Virus record (IMG/VR): IMGVR_UViG_3300050505_000468
Span: 1-64,000 of that record
Length of the DNA: 64,000 bases
Source of the DNA: a virus
Lineage: Duplodnaviria; Caudoviricetes
Strand: one strand, 5' to 3'
The position numbers and the translations under genes are program-made. The notes under the pieces are model-generated. The model did not search any database. It was given only the letters and a program-made list of their open reading frames with translations, and was not told the origin of the DNA. Of this stretch, positions 58,343 to 64,000 are shown in pieces. The stretch's first letter is position 1, and the number at the start of each line of letters is the position of its first letter.

Positions 58343-58405
58343 GCACTCGATGCTACGGATGGAGGGAAGGACGGGTCAAGAAATCGGGTAGGATGGAGTC
58401 ATCTC

Positions 58406-58876
58406 ATGATTCAAGTCGACCTTGGCCCGTTAAAGAACCGCCCCATTCTCGATGTGTCGCAAATTGCACCGAAGCTCTACCAGGGCTCGTTTCCCGATCC
58501 TGCCAAACGGATCGAACGGGCCGGGTTTCAAACACTGGTCTTAACCGCTGCCGAACTCCAGCCCGATGCGCGCGCGTACGGGAGCGCGGTCGAAGTCTTA
58601 CGCTGCCGGCTAGCGGACAATCCGGAAGGGCCGACACGCTACGAATGGAACGCGATCCTGACCGTGGCCGCTGCGATCGATCGACGCTTGCGTGGCGGGC
58701 GGCGGATCTTGGTCACCTGCGCGCAGGGCAGAAACCGATCGGGCATCGTCATGGCCGTGGTGCTCCATCGACTCTATAACTGGTCGGGCGAGAAATGCGT
58801 ACGCTGGATCCAGTCGCGCCGGCAGGACTCGCTCACCAATCCCGGCTTCGTCGCGGCGCTGACGAAGCTCCGCTAG
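58406..58876 (+). CDS. dual-specificity/tyrosine protein phosphatase
   Basis: LYQGS, VTCAQGRNRSG (CX5R), NPGF. Confidence 0.85.
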   Translation: MIQVDLGPLKNRPILDVSQIAPKLYQGSFPDPAKRIERAGFQTLVLTAAELQPDARAYGSAVEVLRCRLADNPEGPTRYEWNAILTVAAAIDRRLRGGRRILVTCAQGRNRSGIVMAVVLHRLYNWSGEKCVRWIQSRRQDSLTNPGFVAALTKLR

Positions 58877-59618
58877 GGCTTTGGGCGTGGCGGCGGTGAG
58901 TCAGCAAACTCCTTCAAGACGGCTGCCAGGGCGCGTGCGGTTTCTGCGGGAAGCGTGATCTCGGCGTACTGCCCACTGGGATCGTTAACTCGTAGTCCCA
59001 AGACAGGTGGGCTATCCAGCTCGTACCTGTAGAACAGCTGCCAATTGATTCCCTGCACAATTGGGTGATTGTAGGTCATTTCTGTTCTTTCGTTGGTGCG
59101 CCGGGCGCATCCGCACATTGCGTGAGCCAGCGGTATCCGCAGCCCATGCAACGGATATGCAGGTGCTCGCCGACAACGACACATGGATCAAAAACATCCT
59201 TGCCTTCAATGCCTTGGCAGTAAGCATCCGGGGAATACTGCCGGCGTCCGCACTTGATGCAGCGGATCGCTTTGGCCCAGTGCGGGAGCGTTGCCGACTG
59301 GATCGAGTTTGGCACTTCCGTAGGCGGCGCAGACTTTCTGTACGGGCTCATGAGTCCTTCCCGGGCGTCACGATGTGAAAGAACATGCTGTCCTCGGCGC
59401 GCGCCCCCAGGCATTCGTAAAGTCCCCTGTCCACCCGGATCCACATTTGCCAGATCGGGTTCTGTTCAAGCTCGGCGTCGGTCAATGTGAGCAGGTAGTC
59501 GGCGATCCTGAGCTCGCTTGCACATCTCTCGATCCCTGCCGGACCCGATGGGCCGCCTGTCATCCGGAGCATCAGAACGTCGCGATGGATGAGGAGCCAG
59601 CGGTGCGGCTCGAACCTC

Positions 59619-60248
59619 TTATCCGGGAGTGCCATTTCTTTCCTTCACCTGGCGGCGCCAGGCAAACCATGCCTCGTGATCGCCGTTCGGGACGTAGGCG
59701 GATTTCTCGAATGGATCCCAGCCGGCTTCGTACTTTGCCCCGGGGAATCGGAAGTGCACGGCCGGCCCTGCCGTCGTGTAGCCGTCCGCGCTCGTCACTT
59801 CAATGTCGGGCCCGAGGGCAGCGATCACCTGCTCGGCAAACTCCCAGCTCTGGATCCTGCGTTCCACGTGCCATACGGCATCGGCACCGGCGCACCACTC
59901 CGAACAGAAGACATGCGTGCCGCGGACCACAGGCTCGCGATCGGGGCAATACCCGTTCTCCCCATCGTCGTCGGCGTAGTCTTCGTCGTCACCGATCGGG
60001 CGCTGGCAGTGGTAGTACGCGCAGCCCGTGAAGCTCCAGCCATTGGCAAGCATGGCTTCAAGCAGCGTGCTGTAGGTTTTGCCCCAGCACGCATCGAACT
60101 CCGGCGCGCGGCGGATCTCGATCTCATCCGGATCGCCGCCGAAGAACCCGCATGCCTCTTCGCTCGCGTCGGCTTCGTTTGCGCCCCACACCACTTCTTG
60201 AAGCGGGCCGTCGTGGCAATCCTCAAAGGTCGCAACGTAGGCCTGCAT
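59619..60248 (-). CDS. hypothetical phage protein
   Basis: Acidic; GWSFTGC...C, FCSEWC. Confidence 0.55.
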   Translation of the reverse strand: MQAYVATFEDCHDGPLQEVVWGANEADASEEACGFFGGDPDEIEIRRAPEFDACWGKTYSTLLEAMLANGWSFTGCAYYHCQRPIGDDEDYADDDGENGYCPDREPVVRGTHVFCSEWCAGADAVWHVERRIQSWEFAEQVIAALGPDIEVTSADGYTTAGPAVHFRFPGAKYEAGWDPFEKSAYVPNGDHEAWFAWRRQVKERNGTPG

Positions 60249-60941
60249 CGTCACACTGCGCGATTCAGGTACTGGTCCACAAGAAGCCAGCGGGCACAGA
60301 CCGTCGAAGGCAGCGGCTCTTCCCGCCAGTAGGTCGTTACCCAACCCCAGTACGGGCTGTACGTCGTCTGGGCCGCGTGCACGATACGCACACCGAATCC
60401 GCGTTTCATCAGCGGAACTCGTAGTCGCCGTTGTCGGCGTGCACGATCTTCCATCCGCAGCATTTGGTCAGAATCGCACGCGTCTTTGGATCGCGATCGG
60501 GCCGCTTCCGCTCTTCGGCATCGCGGCGCGCCGTCGTCCAGGAGTAGCTGCATTGGTAGCAGGTGTACCGGAGCTTCTCGCGGCCGTGCACGCGCGTGTA
60601 GCGGGGCCCGAGGATTTTCGATCCGCCGCATTTGGGGCATTCACCAAGAGTCATGGCTCACTCCCAGCAGGCGCAGGAGAAATTCTGTTGGCTCACGAGG
60701 CCCGTCTCGGTGACGATGGCGAGGGCTGGGCGGCAGCTTGCCAGGCGCTTCGAGAGCTCGATGGATCGCGTGCTCCGGTCGAGCAGCGGGGCTTCGGGCG
60801 CGAACGGGCGGCGGTCCTCGATCACCGGCGGAAACTTCTCGCACACCCGGTGATTGGGTAGCTCCTTGTAGGCCGCGAGTTCAGCCCGTTTCCAGAACCG
60901 GCACGTTCCGCACGTGCCCTTCAATCGGATTGTCGGGAACA

Positions 60942-62210
60942 TCAAGATCCTTTCGGTTTCGTGAACGTCTTCACCCATTCGTCGAAGCTCTGCACCTCGG
61001 GTGGCTTCCACTTCATGATGCGGCGGGGGCGGCGAAGACGTTCGGGGTGGAGTGAGTGCTTCACGTGGGCTTCGGTGATGGCAGCGCGGAGGCCATCGAG
61101 TCCCCAGAGTCCACGCTCACGCGCGAACAGGACCCCGTCCGGTTGGTACAGGGCGTAACTCTCGCACATCAAGTGCCTATCGAACACGATGGACCAACCT
61201 GGTGGCAGCGCTCCGACAGCCCGATTCACCTTGTTCTGGTACTGCCGATAATCTTCGGCGTCATCGCCCACCGAAACCCATTCGGGAACGACATCGGCGG
61301 GCATCATCGCCGTGTTGTTCTCGGCAGCTCTGAGTTCATCTTGCGCACGGATGACCTTTATGATGTTCCAGGGTGTCCGGAAGCATGCATCGATCTCTTC
61401 TTCGTTTCCCTCGCGCACGAGTTCGGCGGGGATCCTGAACTCGCACGACTCGGCGCCGCGCTTCGTGTTCACGACGAACATGCCATAGTACGGATCCCCC
61501 GAGACTGTTCCGCTCCATTCGCCCAGGTTTCTGTTGGCAGCATCGTGAACGGCCTTCAATTTCCATGGGTAAGTTCCCGGGCTCATCACGCTGACGACGT
61601 CCTTCATCGTTTCGATCTCCTTCGGCGGATCCGCCGGCATCGATTCCGCGGGCTCGACCCTGCGCCAGCGCGTCCCGAGATCAAAGGCACCTACGCAGCC
61701 GCCCTGGGCGTTCGTACCCTTCGCGCAGAAGCCTTCGGCCAGGGACTCGCGAATGCTGGTTATGTCCACCACTTCGCCGTACTCATTCTCGATCCTGTCG
61801 CCGACACGTAGCGGCGACCCCGTTCGATCGCGCGGGCCGTCCTTCCCCGGCTTCACTTCCGGGCGCGCAAGCTTCTTCCAGAACTCTTGCAAGCTGTGAG
61901 CGTAGCTCTTTTCGCCCACGCAATTGCCCGCCACGACCGTCCCGTGCGCCCAAAAGCCGGGTGCGCCTGAGTTACCCTGGGTGAATCGCTCGACCTCGAG
62001 CGTCAGCGTCCCGTCCAGGTTTTGGATCCAGTCTCCCGGGTAGATGCAGGTTGAGCCGCCTGTGCCGATGCGGGCGCAAGGCCAGATGTTGAGTAGGCGC
62101 CAGTAGTAGGCTGTGTCCGGTTCGGATGTATCCCTTTCGATCCCGATGATCTTGCCAAGTTCATCGAGCTCCGCCGAGCTCGGCATCCCCGTGTAGGATA
62201 ACTTCGTCAT
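60942..62210 (-). CDS. hypothetical multidomain protein
   Basis: ELDELGKIIGIERDTSEPDTAYYWRL N-module; LRVGDRIEN. Confidence 0.6.
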   Translation of the reverse strand: MTKLSYTGMPSSAELDELGKIIGIERDTSEPDTAYYWRLLNIWPCARIGTGGSTCIYPGDWIQNLDGTLTLEVERFTQGNSGAPGFWAHGTVVAGNCVGEKSYAHSLQEFWKKLARPEVKPGKDGPRDRTGSPLRVGDRIENEYGEVVDITSIRESLAEGFCAKGTNAQGGCVGAFDLGTRWRRVEPAESMPADPPKEIETMKDVVSVMSPGTYPWKLKAVHDAANRNLGEWSGTVSGDPYYGMFVVNTKRGAESCEFRIPAELVREGNEEEIDACFRTPWNIIKVIRAQDELRAAENNTAMMPADVVPEWVSVGDDAEDYRQYQNKVNRAVGALPPGWSIVFDRHLMCESYALYQPDGVLFARERGLWGLDGLRAAITEAHVKHSLHPERLRRPRRIMKWKPPEVQSFDEWVKTFTKPKGS

Positions 62211-62254
62211 GCAGGTCGACCTTTCCCCGGCGCGGGCGGGATTCGGAACGAACG

Positions 62255-62290
62255 CCATCAGTGCTATCACTGACAGCACCGGCGTGTCAA
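62255..62290 (-). promoter_or_regulatory. promoter with operator-like boxes
   Basis: On - strand: TTGACA CGCCG GTGCTGTCA GTGATAGCAC TGATGG. Confidence 0.55.
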
Positions 62291-62306
62291 TCGGGTGCGG
62301 TGAAGC

Positions 62307-63263
62307 TCAGAGCTGCTTCACGTAAACGGACGTGTAGGCGTTCGAGGAGCCCCAGTAGACGAGCTCGGCGTCGGGTTTTAGCTTCAGCGCGGCGCGGATT
62401 GCGTCCGCTGCGAACTCTTCGGGGATGTCCTTCTCTTTGGCGAGGGCGCGGGCCACGTGCTCGATCGGGATCTCTTCTTCGATGCCGCCCGGCACATCAC
62501 CGCCGTAGCGCGTTTCTTCGTAGCCGTTCTCGCGGAGCCAGTGACCAACGGCGGCGGAGCTCGTTACATCGCCGAAGAGCTCGGCGGATTGGCTGCCAGG
62601 AAGGCCGAGTCGCTCCTGCCAGCGGCGGGGGATCAGGATGTCGCCATCGACCGCAAGTGCATCGCCGGCTTCGGCTACGCCCACGATCGAGAACTCATCT
62701 TCGCGACTCCCGATTTCTTGCACGGTCATGTCGTCCACCGTGGACAGGGCAACGACTGCAGCGTCATTGGCCATGCGGGTAAGCTCGGCTTCGATGTCGC
62801 TACGGATCCCTTCCGGGTATTCGGTGTACGACCGGGCCTTCACGATCCGGTAGTCGTCGGTGCCCGCGTCGACCTCGTCTACCCACCACTCGTAGCTCAG
62901 CACGTACTGGCCGTGCTGCAGCGTGGTGTGGCCGATCTGGGTGAGGTCGGCTTCGGCGTGCTCGATGACTTTCTGGAAATCCCGATCGTCATTGCCGTCC
63001 GGTCCGATCCACTTCGGATTCCACGGGATGCCAAGATCCTTGGCGGCGGCCTTGAGCTCCTCTTCGTCGATGCTCACCAGGTGGCCGGGGGCGTTGTCGT
63101 CGAGCCATTCGGCGGCCACCTCGAATGCGACTTCCACGCTGTCGGCCCACACGAATACCTTGGTCGTCCCGTAGGCGCCGAAGGTGAGGAGGTAAAGGCC
63201 CGACTCGAAGGACAAGTCAGACGCATTCGCAATCGGGATCTCGTCGGCTTCGTCGCGGGCCAT
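62307..63263 (-). CDS. acidic hypothetical protein
   Basis: 318-aa ORF; AGGA upstream. Confidence 0.6.
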   Translation of the reverse strand: MARDEADEIPIANASDLSFESGLYLLTFGAYGTTKVFVWADSVEVAFEVAAEWLDDNAPGHLVSIDEEELKAAAKDLGIPWNPKWIGPDGNDDRDFQKVIEHAEADLTQIGHTTLQHGQYVLSYEWWVDEVDAGTDDYRIVKARSYTEYPEGIRSDIEAELTRMANDAAVVALSTVDDMTVQEIGSREDEFSIVGVAEAGDALAVDGDILIPRRWQERLGLPGSQSAELFGDVTSSAAVGHWLRENGYEETRYGGDVPGGIEEEIPIEHVARALAKEKDIPEEFAADAIRAALKLKPDAELVYWGSSNAYTSVYVKQL

Positions 63264-63304
63264 GTTCGTGTTCTTTCCTACGTGTGGGGGATTCTTCCCC
63301 TCGA

Positions 63305-63658
63305 TCAACCGAAGTGTTCGAGCGCGAGTTCGGCCTCGATCACACGGGCGGTGCGTCTGTTGTCAACCTGATTTCTCCCGAACTGGACGCCGCCCAGGGC
63401 CTGCACAACTTCGCCGTCGCCATCGAACATCACCACCGAAAGCACCTCGGTGATCTCTTCGGGATCGACATCGCCAAGGTTATCCCAACCCTCGGGATCC
63501 TCTTCCCACTCGAACCGGTAGCCCTCCGCCACTGCGCGCGCTTCGGCCCGTGCGAGCTTGCGGGCGGCGGCGCGGCGAGCGCTTTCCTTTTTCGCGCGCG
63601 TCGCGCCAGTCGGATAACTGTATCCGGCGTACTTGTAGAAAAAGTCGGCGGCGTTCAT
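63305..63658 (-). CDS. hypothetical phage protein
   Basis: 117-aa ORF; AGGA SD. Confidence 0.6.
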   Translation of the reverse strand: MNAADFFYKYAGYSYPTGATRAKKESARRAAARKLARAEARAVAEGYRFEWEEDPEGWDNLGDVDPEEITEVLSVVMFDGDGEVVQALGGVQFGRNQVDNRRTARVIEAELALEHFG

Positions 63659-63701
63659 GGCTTGATTTCCTACGTGGGGGTGGCGGGATTCTTCCCCTGG
63701 G

Positions 63702-64000
63702 TCAGAGAAGCTCGACGATCGATTTGCCGGCCAGAAAGCCCAGGGCGCCGATGGCGGCTAGCTTCAGGGTCGACATGCCGGTGTCGAAGTAGCCAGGGGG
63801 AAGGAGGTTTCCGCCGCGCCCGGGGCAGCAGGTTGACCAGTCGCCCAGGCCTGCTACGGCGTACGGGCTGTTAAATTCGGCGTTCCAGCGGGGAATCAGG
63901 AACGTGCGCCACAGCGCGCCCTGGACGTGCCAGGCCTCGAAGACGTGATCGGCGGCCACGTTTCCGCCGTAGTCGAAATCGTAGAAGTTGCCGGCGGCGA
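63702..64000 (-). CDS. partial protein with C-terminal TM anchor
   Basis: Probably extends to or past the window edge; VAGLG motif and hydrophobic tail. Confidence 0.5.
   Translation of the reverse strand, partial: AAGNFYDFDYGGNVAADHVFEAWHVQGALWRTFLIPRWNAEFNSPYAVAGLGDWSTCCPGRGGNLLPPGYFDTGMSTLKLAAIGALGFLAGKSIVELL

Noticed and set aside
1-64000. tRNA/rRNA genes, transposases, reverse transcriptase
   Set aside because: No recognisable signatures by eye; a covariance-model or HMM search would be needed to exclude them fully

Overview
High-GC, gene-dense window that reads as part of a large bacterial virus or extrachromosomal element. A Myxococcota-like host is inferred only from GC content and cargo style, and no capsid, terminase or polymerase is visible. 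It carries: many short overlapping ORFans; a Cre-like tyrosine recombinase; ThyX, PTH2, ASCH, DUF1643, DUF3310 and two RyR-domain proteins; an ~10.5 kb sugar-nucleotide/glycosyltransferase island (dehydratase, aminotransferase, acetyl- and methyltransferase, gmd, fcl); a two-component cassette; a kinase and a phosphatase; a repeat-containing fibre; and a putative lysis cluster. The main feature is a 10 kb locus (29.2-39.0 kb) with four arrays of one 36-nt CRISPR repeat family (CTGTGAAGAGCATCCCGRGCGCGATGAGCTCGGGAC on the - strand, 3'-terminal hairpin) and no recognisable cas gene in the window. Two arrays are canonical (7 and 18 repeats). One is a 13-unit array with very short (~11-27 nt) spacers and repeats that diverge in sequence but keep the hairpin by compensatory changes; it retains its own leader and promoter. 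One is a 2-repeat unit inside an operon. The short-spacer array is the best candidate for an undescribed system, either multiplexed RNA-guided repression or RNA anti-CRISPR decoys. Two element-specific promoter/operator motif families are also visible.
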